Assembly: GCA_965235115.1 (NCBI GenBank)
Contig: OZ249436.1
Location: forward strand, 30,010,001 to 30,070,000
DNA length: 60,000 nucleotides
Reading direction: 5' to 3'
Source: Laetmonice hystrix
Taxonomy: Eukaryota
Below, one piece after another: positions 24,892 through 36,649 of the stretch. Under the pieces are notes generated by a model. That model saw nothing but the letters and a program-made list of their open reading frames with translations. It was not told the origin of the DNA and did not search any database. Positions within the stretch are counted from its first letter, which is position 1. Every line of letters begins with the position of its first letter. The translations under genes and the position numbers were made by a program.

Positions 24892-26338
24892 TGCGAGCAG
24901 GACCCCCGCGACACGATCATCTGCGGCCTGGATGGCCTACCGAGGGAGGAGGTGAGGATGGCACAGCAGGGCATGCCGGCGTATCAGGAGGCGGACGTGG
25001 AGGGTTCGGATTTCGAACGCCACGATGGTCTGCTTTGGTACACGCGAACCTCCGAGGGATCACCTTACCCCAAGTTGGTCCTCCCACGACGATGGAGGTC
25101 AAAGGTCATACAGCGGGCACACCAGGAGGTAGGTCACCAGGGCCGCCACAAAACCATGCATCGGTTGCGGGAGTGCTATTTCTGGAGGGGTCAGCAGATG
25201 GACGTGCGGGATGCCTTACGTCGTTGTCCGGCTTGCCAGGTCAACTCGGGCCAGGTGGAGCGCCCTATGCCAACCGGGATGCCAACTGCTCAATTCCCCG
25301 GGCAAATCGTGGGCCTCGATATGGTAGGCCCCCTGGCGTGCTCCCTGGAAAACAACCGCTACCTGGTCACGATCATTGACCATGCTACAGGATGGGCTGA
25401 GGCATACCCAGTGCCTAACAAGTCGGCCGACTGTGTACTACGGTGCCTGCAGCGTGACTACGTCCCCCGTCACGGGACGCCATTGATCGTGGTCCATGAC
25501 AACGGCCGTGAGTTTGACAACAGGACACTACGGGAGTGGTTTGACGCGCTAAGGATTGAGGTGAGGAAAACAACACCCTACCACCCTCAAACGAACGGAA
25601 AGGTGGAGCGTTTCCACCGGACGCTGAAGGACATGCTCCGGAAGTTGGTGAACAACAACAGCGCCAGGTGGGAAACGGAGCTCGCGCAGGCACTGCTGGC
25701 CCACCGCCAGGCAGTGTCGGAGACAACGGGCTACTCCCCCTATTTCCTGACCTACAGGCGACACGCGCGATAGCCGGCAGTGCAGGGCGTGGGCGACAAC
25801 AATGTTGCGGAGGCGCGCTGTGCTACATGGAAGGACTGGCGGAGGCCCTCCACCAGGCGGCGCTGAGGACGCAGCAGTCGAAGGAGAGGTACCAGCAGCA
25901 CGCAACCCAGCGGGCTAATGCGCCCCAACTTAGCATCGGTGACTACGTCATCCCGCGGGCACACGAACGGGCACCGCTGGATGCTAGGTGGGACACCCCC
26001 CAGGAGGTCACGCGCATTAGGGGAGCTGTGGTGTGGTGCCGGCCAAAGGACGGAGGACCGGTGCGGTCCTACAACCGGCAGCACTTACGACGGGTTGAGC
26101 GGGAGCTACCGTGGGATACCATTCAACCACGGGTCAGTAGGGCATCGAGGGCGCCAGTACGACACGGAGCGCCGAGGTGGCTCACACAGCCGCCTGCCCA
26201 AGTGAGCCGACCGGCTCCTCTGACCGCCCAGTCAAACCGGATGCCCCGCATTCCCCCCGCCCCAGCAACCACTCAGTTGGTTTCGGCTGACGACAGCCAG
26301 ATGGACACGGCTGACCCGGAGGTCGGCCGTGGTATTAA
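24892..26338 (+). pseudogene. Gypsy integrase (HHCC, DDE, GPY/F-like tail); one nonsense codon, one frameshift; C-terminus resumes at 27646
   Basis: AHQEVGHQG..CPACQ; VGLDMVGPL; VHDNGREF; TTPYHPQTNGKVERFHRTLK; TGYSPYFL; TAG at 25771; then LSIGDYV..LDARWDTPQEVTRI in another frame. Confidence 0.93.
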
Positions 26339-27641
26339 CCCTGTAAGACCCAACAATGTTTCGGCGTGGCCAAAAAAATCAACCACTGTTTTAAAGTAAC
26401 TAATTACAATGCCTCAGTGGGATAATTGTGGAATTTTTAGATTTTTTTATTTTTTACCCCTTTTTCAGATATGTTGCAAATGTGCTACATTGGGTTTCAG
26501 TTTAAAAACTCCAATCTAGGTTTGTCACATACAGATCTTTGTAAGATCTATTAGATCTTTACAAACAATAAAAAAACATGGGCTATACCCGGGGGAGCTA
26601 TGTTTTTAAAAAGTTTGTTTGCCGGGGGTCGGGGGGCCTCCCCCAGGAATTTTTTGCAATACAATTTTGCTGTTGATGTTGGAAATTTAGCTGAGGTAGC
26701 TGCCCGGGCTGCCTCACTGCATTTTACGGCCCTGTATACAACGGGTGCCACATGCCTCTACTGGGGGGGGGGGGGGGTCCGGGGACTTGCCCCCGGAAAT
26801 TTAGAAAATAATGGGGCAATTTGAGGCAATTTAAGCAATTTTAACCTTTGGAAATGGGGGTGGGCAAATCATACTTTGGCGCCCCTCCTGTAATATTGGG
26901 GAATGGGGTGGGGTGGGGGGGGGGCATGGCACCCCTTTATAGGGGTACAAAGGAAAATCTATGGAATATATCAACCGAATAGCAGAGCAGTCCAAATCCT
27001 TATGTAATGAATTTTTGTTTGTCCTTGTATGACAGAGGGACAGGGAGCCCCCAGATTTAGTTTGCCCCAGCCCCCTCACACTTCTTAATCCAGCACTGCT
27101 GCTGCTACTACTACTACTATTACTAGTACTACTACTACTATGACTACTGCTACTACTACCACCCCCAATCTGATAAGATGGAATGACTATAGTATAGTAT
27201 ACGCCCTAATACCAGATTAGCATAGGCTGACATTTGGACATCCATGACAATGAAGACCCAAAGTTGCATTTCTGCAACATCACAAAAACTTGTTGCATCC
27301 AACACTAACCGGCCACTTCAAAAAATATAATCAGATCTGCAGAATCTTGACTCTATAAAGAGTATGTATGAATTTTATTGGAGACTTCACTCACATGAGA
27401 TGCTTAGATAGTTCATGAAATTGTCGGACACTAACCTGCGCACGGATACAGCCATCTTGTTTTGGGTGTCATGGCTGGTTCAATGAATGTCTCACAGATG
27501 GCAGCACAATAGTGTGCATTTCTACAACGTTGGGTTTTCGTGGATATAATTCAGGGTTGATTTCACCACAGTGATATAATGCCCTTGGGCTGGACCCCCC
27601 GGAAAATTTGTTGCATATTTGCAACAGGGGGTCTTACAGGG
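26339..27641. mobile_element. piggyBac-like non-autonomous element inserted in the integrase tail
   Basis: TTAA on both sides (26335-38, 27642-45); TIR CCCTGTAAGACCC / GGGTCTTACAGGG; AT-rich interior with (CTA)n at ~27100-27160. Confidence 0.9.
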
Positions 27642-27702
27642 TTAAGAGACCCACGGGAGAGGGACCTGTCACTCGACTGCAGGCTAAGCGCGCACGACAA
27701 TC

Positions 27703-29342
27703 ATGCAGCTACCTCTCTACGATCTGGTGGCCTGCGCCATAGCCAATGGCGCATCGGTCAACCGCACGGCTATTCCTAACGGGGTAACCGTGGAAAAGCT
27801 GGCGGACGTCTGGCCCCTGTCTGCGAAGTGGAATGTGTTCATTACGATCGACGCACCAGAGGCTCCTCCAATGCGCAGGTGGGTGGCTGCGGCAAGGATG
27901 GCCATGGCGAAGCGGGCGTCGATGCTGCGGGCCGTGGACCGGATCGGCTTGGAGGCGCGACTGGCCGCATTGGACCTGGGTGGGGGTGCGCAACCCCGCA
28001 CTGGTCCGGGGCGGGCCAGGCAGCGTCGTGGGCTGGTCAACGTCATCGGTGACCTGGCATCGGCCCTGTTCGGGACAGCCACCCAAGCGGAGGTGGACCA
28101 ACTCCGGCGAATTCTACAGGCTACGGAGGCAGCGCAGCAGGTATTGTACCACAATCAGGAGGTGATGGCGAGTGTCATCAATGCCACAAGGCAGTACCTG
28201 CAGCAAAACCAGCAGGACATGCTTCTCCTGCAGAACCAGACGGACCAGCTAGAAGCGACGTTAGTGGGTTTGACGGGCAGAGTTCGAGCACTTGCAGGCC
28301 GAGTGAACACTCTGTACCTAACACGCGACTTGAATCGGTGGGTCGACCAGCTGGAAGCAATATCGTCCGGCTACACTCGACAGTATGACCACTTCAGGGT
28401 GGCGCGGCTGCACCTACAAGGGGGCCGGCTGTCAGAGTACATCGTACCCCGGGCACACCTGCGTGGGATCGTCCGTGCGTTACAGCGTCACGCGCACGTA
28501 ATGCACCTGGACTGGTACTACGCGTTCACACCAGTGAAGGTGTTGTGGGACCGGGAAGATCGCCTGGTGGCGGCCGCAGAAATCTGGGCCGGCCAGGCAG
28601 AGGAATTTCAACTGTGGCGATTGACGGCGTACCCAGTGGCTATGGTGGGAGCATTGATCACGCTCCAGGTGCGCCCCCTGGTGGCCGTCAATGCGAGGCG
28701 AACGGAGGCGTTCGAGGCGCGCTCCTGTCGAGGAGGCGCTACCTGTCTGTGCGACAGGCGTGTGAGGACCAGCCGGTCCTGCGAACTGGACCTAGTGAGT
28801 GGGGTTACTACTCTTCCGCATCACTGGGAGTTTGGTGGCTTCATAAGGGCAGGTGACTGCTCTCCGCCAGTAACCTCACCAAAGTGACAGTTAATTGTAT
28901 GGGGACGATCCCCGAGAAACTTTGGGTAGACAGCGTTGAGATGTGGCAGCTAGCGGAAGGATGCCAGCTGGAATGGGGAGGATCACGCACCTCCACGGTA
29001 GTATCACGCTACTCCAGGCTGGCCTACCACTACAACATCTTTGTGGCACCGAACGTGACATTAGTGCTCCCCGAGCACATCGTTGAACAATTGCCCGAAC
29101 GCATTAGGCTGAGTGGTGGGGTCAGGATCCCAGCGGCGGACCTGACCCTCAGACCGCTACCGTCCCGTGGCGTCCTGGGGCCCCCTCAGCATTGGCACGT
29201 GGGCCTGGTCGTGGGCGTGGTCCTGTTGGGCGCGCTGGCCGGGCTAGGGTGGCGCTGCCGCCGACACCTACGTGGCCGCGCGGAGAAGAAGGACGTGGAC
29301 GAGCCGATGTTATTACACGCGATGGCTTCTACCATAGAATAG
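27703..29342 (+). pseudogene. env: Envelope / class I fusion glycoprotein, baculovirus-F / errantivirus Env-like; frameshift near 28.8 kb
   Basis: N-terminal hydrophobic leader; furin site RQRR followed by fusion peptide GLVNVIGDLASALFGTATQAEV; heptad-rich helix; Cys-rich region; sequons NRT, NAT, NQT, NVT; C-terminal TM VGLVVGVVLLGALAGLGW followed by basic RCRR; located between integrase and PPT. Confidence 0.88.
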
Positions 29343-29385
29343 ATCGAAAATGGACATACAATAGATTGAGAATGGACTTCAATCT

Positions 29386-29401
29386 TTAAGGGGGGGAGGT
29401 A
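29386..29401 (+). promoter_or_regulatory. Polypurine tract
   Basis: TTAAGGGGGGGAGGTA immediately before the TG of the 3' LTR. Confidence 0.85.
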
Positions 29402-30232
29402 TGTTGCGGCTAGGCTTCGCTGCCGCTGGACATTTAATATAATTGGCCTCCCCCGTATATGTGTATATCTATATGTCATTACTGTAAACCTTATTATCTC
29501 TGTATGTTAGTATAGCTGAATCCTTGTTCCCGTTTATATTCCCTTAAGGATGGGCGGCTTGGATGTTATGTATATATTTAATCATGTAGTTGCTGGAGTA
29601 TTGGGTTCCCTTAAGTCGGATGCGGGTAAGGGCTGGATCCGGGGATGCTCAGGCCGTCACCTCCCAAGTTGTATAACGGTTGTATCGATACCGTTGTCAT
29701 GGTGAGTTGAGACCGGCACGTACCCAGCATCCTCCGTCCGTGTTGGCCTCCATGGCGGACCCCCAGCTGGGCGGCCGGTGTCACTATAGGAGCCGCGGGA
29801 TCCGGACACTGACCGACCGGTGACACGATGTCATCTTGTGGGCCCGTGTCGGTGACCGCAGCCACCGGGTCCACTGCTGGCAGAGCGGAGGGGGTGGAGT
29901 TCCGGGCCGGAACGCTGACACGGACGGCGTTTCGTATATATAGGGGCACCAAATATTCACTATTTCACTTATTGACGACTTCACCTATTGACTTAGTCAC
30001 TTAGTAATCAGCCGGTTTCTCAGTATTGTCAGTTAGCATGAGGTTCAGCCTCTAGGCTAGTAGAGTATCCCGTGATACAGTGTACTCTATATCATGTATC
30101 ATGTCGTCTGAAAATACAATTATCATCACCGCCAACCGTCGTTGACTTATCTTCACTGGGGTACATGGTACGGTATGCCCCCCGTCTCCCTCCTACCTAC
30201 GACCGCCGCCTCTCCAGGGTGGGTCCACAACA
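29402..30232 (+). repeat. 3' LTR (complete, 831 bp)
   Basis: TGTTGCGG...CCACAACA inverted termini; preceded by PPT; matches the 5' LTR. Confidence 0.93.
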
Positions 30233-30320
30233 AAGTGTTTGACCCTTGCCCCACGTAACACTAACGGTAATGTGGCGGCAATGCCTCAGACGACGCAGCT
30301 CAAGCCGTAGCATACAACTG

Positions 30321-31147
30321 TGTTGGCTCACACTTACATGTACAAATGTATTACCAATTAAATCAGAAACAGGGATAGACATATAGGGGTATAATTCCCC
30401 ACAGGGAAGTGAGTTCATATATATCGTAGGATTTAGTTCCTGGAGTACAGACGTACCAAAATGAGTCACATACATAATTCTGGGTACAAACGGACGAAGA
30501 TGACCGACTCTGTCTAGACGTCTGGTGACCGACATCATTAAATATTCGACAGGAGCACGGGACTTCCAGGAATGGGCATAGAGGTAAACCAATGAGAAAG
30601 AGGCAGGTAGGAGGTAAGGTAAGCCAATGAGAAAGAGGCACGTAAGAGAGGGGATTTTACCCTGGAGGAAGAGAGAGGTATAAATAGTTAGGACTTAACG
30701 GAAACGGGAGATAGTGCGGGCTTACCAGAGAGAGAAAATGCGTGAAGGGAGTTAGCAGAGAAATTCCCGCCAGGGAGCTTGTGCGGGAGTAAAATGCTAT
30801 TCCCGGAGTATGGAGACGTTTTGGAGGATTGTACGTGTTCGGAAGTTATTGTGGAAATAGACAGCATTCATGGATTATGTGCCAACTTGGATTATGTTCG
30901 TCGATATAAGGATTTAACTACTCGGTGTGGAGGATGTGGAGTATAATAAAGGATCGAACCGGATTCCTGGAGTGTTGTCCATCTCACCCAACCCAGCGAA
31001 GCTATACCAGAGTTAGCTCACCCCTATTACGACTCTGGAACTTTATTGGGGTAGACCTCTCGCACTACTAACGGAGTACCAAACGGACTTTACACCAAAC
31101 CCGATATACGAAACTTAAATAAAAATAAAACACCCCAACGTACAACA
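30321..31147 (+). mobile_element. Probable LTR remnant of an unrelated family
   Basis: TGTTG...CAACA ends, CCAAT boxes (~30589, ~30624), TATAAATA (~30679), AATAAA (~30945); no TSD or partner LTR found. Confidence 0.45.
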
Positions 31148-31245
31148 TTGCTGAACTGCTGGACGTAAGAGACAATATTAGTAACATTCCGGGCTTCACT
31201 CACTCTGACATCTGCTCAATGATCGAGGAGCTCTGTTGTAAATAA
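31147..31245 (+). pseudogene. Probable C-terminal end of an RTEX-like LINE ORF2
   Basis: IAELLDVRDNISNIPGFTHSDICSMIEELCCK* resembles the terminal motif of the LINE type whose RT core stops at 23160. Confidence 0.55.
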
Positions 31246-31503
31246 CCCAGAGCACACTTGTAAATAGCCTACGTATAGTAAGCCTCAGCCAGTGAGGCTT
31301 ACGACCACTCAATGTTAAAAATTGTTGTGTCACTTGCAGCGCAAATTCATGTACCGATTAACTCACCGGCATCCATTTATCACGGGCAACGTCTTCTTTT
31401 AGTGGTTCGACAAGTATTTTAAGGATAAAACATCAAATTCCGAAGTGTCGTACAGCTGCGGCTTCCGTTGCCTGTTTATGTCCCAGCATGCATCTCTCTG
31501 ACC

Positions 31504-31572
31504 TAGCAAGGTCCCCTGCTCTACGTATGTCGTAACATAGCGGACTCGTCTGTTAGGCAGGGTACCAGGCTA
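31504..31572. mobile_element. 69-bp miniature member of the TAGCCTGG family
   Basis: Ends TAGCAAGGTCCCCTGC / GCAGGGTACCAGGCTA; shares TAACATAGCGGA..TAGGCAGGG.ACCAGGCTA with 38235-38273; flanks CTCTCTGACC / CTCCCTGACC. Confidence 0.7.
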
Positions 31573-32159
31573 CTCCCTGACCCGGGAGGTCAAAATGGCC
31601 GCGATAGGCAGAGAGCGAAATTCGTCGATTCTAGACTTTGTGCTGCCCTTATTATGTCTCGTCGTGCTTTCCAAACTTGGAAATAAATGAGATAAGTTAC
31701 TTTAACGTGTTTATTAATATTCAGTCCAGATATGGGCAGGGGAGGGGTTTTCATGGTGGTTGGATGATTTGACCGAACACACCAGGAACTTGCACTACGT
31801 GGCGTCCGTCTCTGTATACGGTAGTACAAAGACGGATACTCTGTCTAACTTGTAAATAACCCGAGCATATTTGTGCTCACCTATTGTACAGTAACATGTA
31901 CGAATAAATGATATATGTATATATATAAGGCGCGTCGGAGAGCGTGATCCACTTGCGTCCTGTTGCGCGGTATACCGATTTTGATTTATTTTCATGATCG
32001 GAAGGCGCGCAAGAGCGCGTAAAGCTGTGAACACATGTAGCGTTTTTGCGGCAACGGCAACGATAATGCAGCAATGCGGCAGCGGCCAAAAAAATCGCCA
32101 AAATGAAATCCAGTGAATGTGTACACATGCGTACGGTAACGGCAATACGACTATCCGAC

Positions 32160-33984
32160 TATCTGCCAGGTAGATAGTCGGATAGAATGTCGGATTAAAA
32201 ATAACGGGCGGTATAAAAGCCAGGAGGAGCGCGCACTCTGGGCTCTGGGTCTTTGACGGAACATCTATAATCTGTGATTCTGCTCTCTACCTGAATACGG
32301 GATTTTACATGGATTTGCCCTGGAGAAGCTATAGATCTATAGTTAACTATACGCGGCTTCCCTCTAGACGAAGTGGTAGTGGATTATCTTGTGAACGGAG
32401 GATATAGGCTACAGCTCCATGGATTTACCCGGGAGTATAATTTAACTATTTCGTGTGCCTTTCGACGGAGTGACCGTGGATTATATTGAACTTATATATC
32501 GGGTGGATAAAAAGAAACGCCCCGAACTTAAACTTTAATATTTCAATAACTTTGCATTATAATTCAATAAAATTTCTCTTAATATAACTTCATGATATTA
32601 TCTCTTATATGTTAAAGTTTCAGCTCAATAGCTTTGACATTAATCCCGTGGCGCTAAAAACAAAAATCAGTGTCTAAAAACACAATGCCGGAATTAGGTC
32701 AAATATCATGCAGCTGCCAGGTGTCCAATTTGACACCTGTTTGATGCACTGCATTGTACCTTGGGTAAAAAAGTTTTCAATATTTAGTTTTTGCATGTTT
32801 TACCATATGTATAATGTTGTAAACCACTAGATATAATAAATTATGTGCTATTCCTAGTACTTCTAGAGAAACCCAGATGTTTAATTCGCCAAACCCTACA
32901 GAGAAACTGCAACATTAGGACGATATGGCTGTAACGAGAAGTTTAAGGGAAATCGTATCATTATCACGTTTAGCAACACGTTCAGAATGCTGCTTATTTC
33001 CCAATAATGGGAAGATAATTCCCTATCAGAGATCAAGAAGTGCATTGGCGCATGTAAAAAGAGACTGAGAGCAGGATGAAGTGAATACGGGGGACCGATT
33101 GACCACCTACTCTAGTGTGAGGCCAGGGACTCTGGTGCGACTACCACTCGCTTTAGCCCGGCATTGCGCTTTTGTACAATGATTTTTGTTTTTAGCGCTA
33201 CGGAAATATCATCCAAGCTATTGAGTTGTAACATTAACAACTAGGAGACAACATCATGAAGTGATAGTAAGAAAAATTTCATTGAATTACAATCAATACT
33301 TTTTGAAATATTGAAGTTTAAAGTTCGGGGCGTTTTTTTTTTATCCACCCGATATATATATAGGCTCTAGGCCTAGGGATTTACCTGAGAGTGTCGATTT
33401 CTAAATTAGTCCTTTATAGTGTGAACCTTTTTCCCAAGAAGAGGGACTATAGCTTCGAACTCTAGTGATTAATGAAGTTAACTGGATGTGATGAAATATC
33501 GGTGGACTTTACGATTACCCTATCTAGCTGGAACGTTGACGAAGCATCTCGATTGATTCAAATCAATCGCTCCGCGCGGAGTTCATGCGACTGATTTCCT
33601 CCGCACAGAGATACTTGCTCCGCGCGGAAAAAGCATATACACTGAAAAAATCTCACACGACCGATGAAATTTTCCATCCGATCGTCGGATGAGGCCGAAA
33701 TCGGCCGTACCAAGGCTCAGTGTAGGCTATATGGCCCTTAAGTTAAGCCGAGTGCTGGCGATCCTGGTGTATGGTGAATAAAGAAATGGATTGATTTAGT
33801 TGAAAGACGTGTACGTGTGGTTTGGGATGGTACCTCTTAAGCCAAGCGAGACCCTACGTAGAACGACTGCGGGGTTATCAGAACTCCCCAAACTCTTAAA
33901 TATCGACCCCGGTTATCGTTGAACCAGATAGTGTAACGTGTACATCACATTTATGTATTTTGGGTGGTGGGACCTGAACAGGGA
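32160..33984 (+). mobile_element. Probable LTR (interrupted by Tc1 copy 2) with degenerate tRNA-Lys-like PBS
   Basis: TATAAAA at ~32212, AATAAA at ~33777, ...CATCACA at ~33949, then TGGGACCTGAACAGGGA (33968-33984) versus the Lys PBS TGGCGCCCGAACAGGGAC; left boundary uncertain. Confidence 0.45.
32497..33354 (+). mobile_element. Tc1/mariner-derived non-autonomous element, copy 2 (complete)
   Basis: TIR TATCGGGTGGATAAAAAGAAACGCCCCGAACT and inverse, imperfect long arms, TA flanks. Confidence 0.9.
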
Positions 33985-34009
33985 AATAAAAGAGCATGGC
34001 TCGGTAGCA

Positions 34010-34535
34010 CAGAGAAAGATGTATCATTCGAGTGGATGTCGGCTCACGAGACAGCCTTCAGAAACATAAAAGAGTTGATCTGCAGAGAAATCACCCTATA
34101 TCATACTTTGATCCTGCGAAGGAAAGCACTATTCAGGTTGACGCCTGTGCTTACGGAGTCGGTGCAGCGTTGGTCCAAGAAGGCAAACCGATCGCGTTTG
34201 CAAGCAAGACACTGAGTGAAGTGGAACGCAGATATGCCAGCATCGAACGTGAGCTTCTCGCTGTAGTGTTTGGTGCACAACGCTTCCATACATACATATA
34301 TGGGCTACCATTCACAGTTGAGAGCGATCACAAGCCGTTGGAGATTATTTCGCTGAAGAATCTGACTGCTGCTCCGCCCAGGCTATTGACCATGCTATTA
34401 AAGCTTCAAGGATATGACCTGACCATCCGATATAAACCTGGACGTGAAATGATCTTAGCTGACAGTCTGTCACGAGCTCCCAACAGGGACAAATCATCGA
34501 CGATCACTCTTGACACCAAAATCACCTTCTACTAA
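34010..34535 (+). pseudogene. Gypsy (Mag-like) RT connection / RNase H fragment
   Basis: FEWMSAHETAFRNIKELI, YFDP..TIQVDACAYGVGAALVQ..PIAFASKTL..RYASIERELLAVVFG..ESDHKPL..YKPGREMILADSLSR. Confidence 0.9.
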
Positions 34536-35430
34536 CATTACGGACCCCCAAACACGACAGATAGCAGTCAGATTCTAACGTCCCTACCCCAAACGCACGC
34601 TTTAACACAATGCTGACAGTCGCAGGAGGGTGTGCCCGATCTCCTCACAGGCGACATGGGCGTGAACCTTACTGGGGAAATATCTCGCCGATACCCTATC
34701 GCCAGTGTAGACCACCATGCAAATTCTTCGAAGCGCACCTGAACTGTAGCCTATTCAGTGCACTCCGTGCTCGGTCGAATTTCAGGCCTTGAAGCTTTGT
34801 CCTTAGCCGGGGAGGGACCGTGAGTCCGACAGCCCAATGGTCCGACAGACCAATCCTGTCATATGTTACGTTTTAAATGTCACTAGCGATGGCGAAATTG
34901 CTAATAGAAAAAGAACATTTACCTGTATCTATGACCGATATCTATACGCGTCGCGAGTCGTATTCAGGCCGTCACCGAGTGCCTAGCCTCCAGTCCCTCT
35001 TCATATAGGCGTAGCAGATTCAATGACGCACACATTGTAAATATTATCTTAACATCCGTGCAATCCTACCATCACGTTCAATGTTCATATAATATAATCT
35101 CAGAAAAATTTCCATTATGTACACGTGGCACTCGTATACTTGGTATGGAGCTTGAACCGAATCGCAAGCTGCATCGCAAACCCGGCAAATAGATTTGCCC
35201 GCAACTCTCCTGCTGTTAATCCTTTTCGATATGTCCTCTTTGATGGAGAGGGATTAATGTATACTACAGAAATATACCTACCTTTCCCACTGGAACAACT
35301 CTGGCGGGAAAAACTTAAAAAAAGTGTTCGAATTGCAGCGACTTGATAATAAATGCGTGGACAACTATAAGAGCTCCGAGGCATGGTCCCATTGCATTAT
35401 TTGTACAGCACTGGTGTCGGACTGCAACTA

Positions 35431-36348
35431 TATCGGGTGGATAAAAAAAAACGCCCCGAACTTTAAACTTTAATATTTCAAACTATGCATTATAAGTCAA
35501 TAAAATTTCTCTTAATATCACTTCATGATATTATCTCTGGTGTGTTAAGGTTTCAGCTCAATAGCTTTGATATTAGTCTCGTGGCGCTAAAAACAAAAGT
35601 CAGTGTCTAAAAACGCAATGCCGGAATTAGATCAAATATCATGCAGCTGCCAGGTGTCCAATTTGGGTATATCGCCCATGATAACTTAAACCCCACGAAA
35701 TTTGGTAGAAAGTAAAGAAGTTATCATGGGGGAAGAACCCCAATTTGACACCTGTTTAATGCACCGCATTGTACCTTGGGTAAAAAATTCTATATTTATT
35801 TTTTTCATGTTTTACAATATGTATCATGTTGTGGACCACTAGATATAATAAAATATGTGCTATTCCTGGTACTTTTAGAGAAAATGAGATGTTTAATGTG
35901 CCAAACCCTACAGAGAAACTGCAACATTAGGACGATATGGCTGTAACGAGAAGTTCAAGGGAAATTGTATCATTATAACGTTTAGCAACACATTCAAAAC
36001 GTTGCATATTTCTCAATGTTGGGAAGATATTTCCCTATCAGAGACAAGGAAGTGCATTGGCTCATGGAAGAAGAGACTGAGAGCAGTATGGAGTGAAAAC
36101 GGGGGGCCGATTGACCGATTGACTCTGGGTGCGACTACAACTCGCTTTAGCCCGGCATTGCGCTTTTGTACAATGATTATTGTTTTTAGCCCCACAGAAA
36201 TATTATCCAAGCTATTGAGTTGTAACATTAACAACTACGAGACAACATCATGAAGTGATATTAAGAAAAAAATTCATTGAATTACAATCATTACTTTTTG
36301 AAATATTGAAGTTTAAAGTTCGGGGCGTTTTTTTTTATCCACCCGATA
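35431..36348 (+). mobile_element. Tc1/mariner-derived non-autonomous element, copy 3, with transposase C-terminal remnant
   Basis: TIR TATCGGGTGGATAAAAAAAAACGCCCCGAACTTTAAACTT and inverse; TA flanks; internal CWEDISLSETRKCIGSWKKRLRAVWSENGGPID resembles the end of IS630/Tc1/mariner transposases. Confidence 0.9.
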
Positions 36349-36401
36349 TATGAACATGCATTGTTTGACCAGCTCGCCATACAGGACTGACAAACTTTAT
36401 T

Positions 36402-36649
36402 TGGCTTGCCGCCCCGCCCCGGGTAGACATTCCCTTATAACATGGCTTGCCGCCCCACCCCGGGCAGACATTCCCTTATAACATGGCTTGCCGCCCCACC
36501 CCGGGCAGACATTTCCTTATAACATGGCTTGCCGCCCCACCCCGGGCAGACATTCCCTTATAACATGGCTTGCCGCCCCGCCCCGGGTAGACATTCCCTT
36601 ATAACATGGCTTGCCGCCCCACCCCGGGCAGACATTTCCTTATAACATG
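36402..36649. repeat. Tandem repeat, 41-bp unit, 6 copies
   Basis: TGGCTTGCCGCCCCACCCCGGGCAGACATTCCCTTATAACA repeated. Confidence 0.95.

Larger units (their letters stand above)
23654..30232 (+). mobile_element. Internally deleted Gypsy/Metaviridae LTR element retaining integrase and env (errantivirus-like)
   Basis: Two ~0.8-kb LTRs, PBS, PPT, integrase ORF and F-type env ORF; no recognisable protease, RT or RNase H between PBS and integrase. Confidence 0.92.

Noticed and set aside
33680..33712. GATGAGGCCGAAA hammerhead-like string
   Set aside because: Lacks the CUGA core; part of a palindromic repeat remnant.
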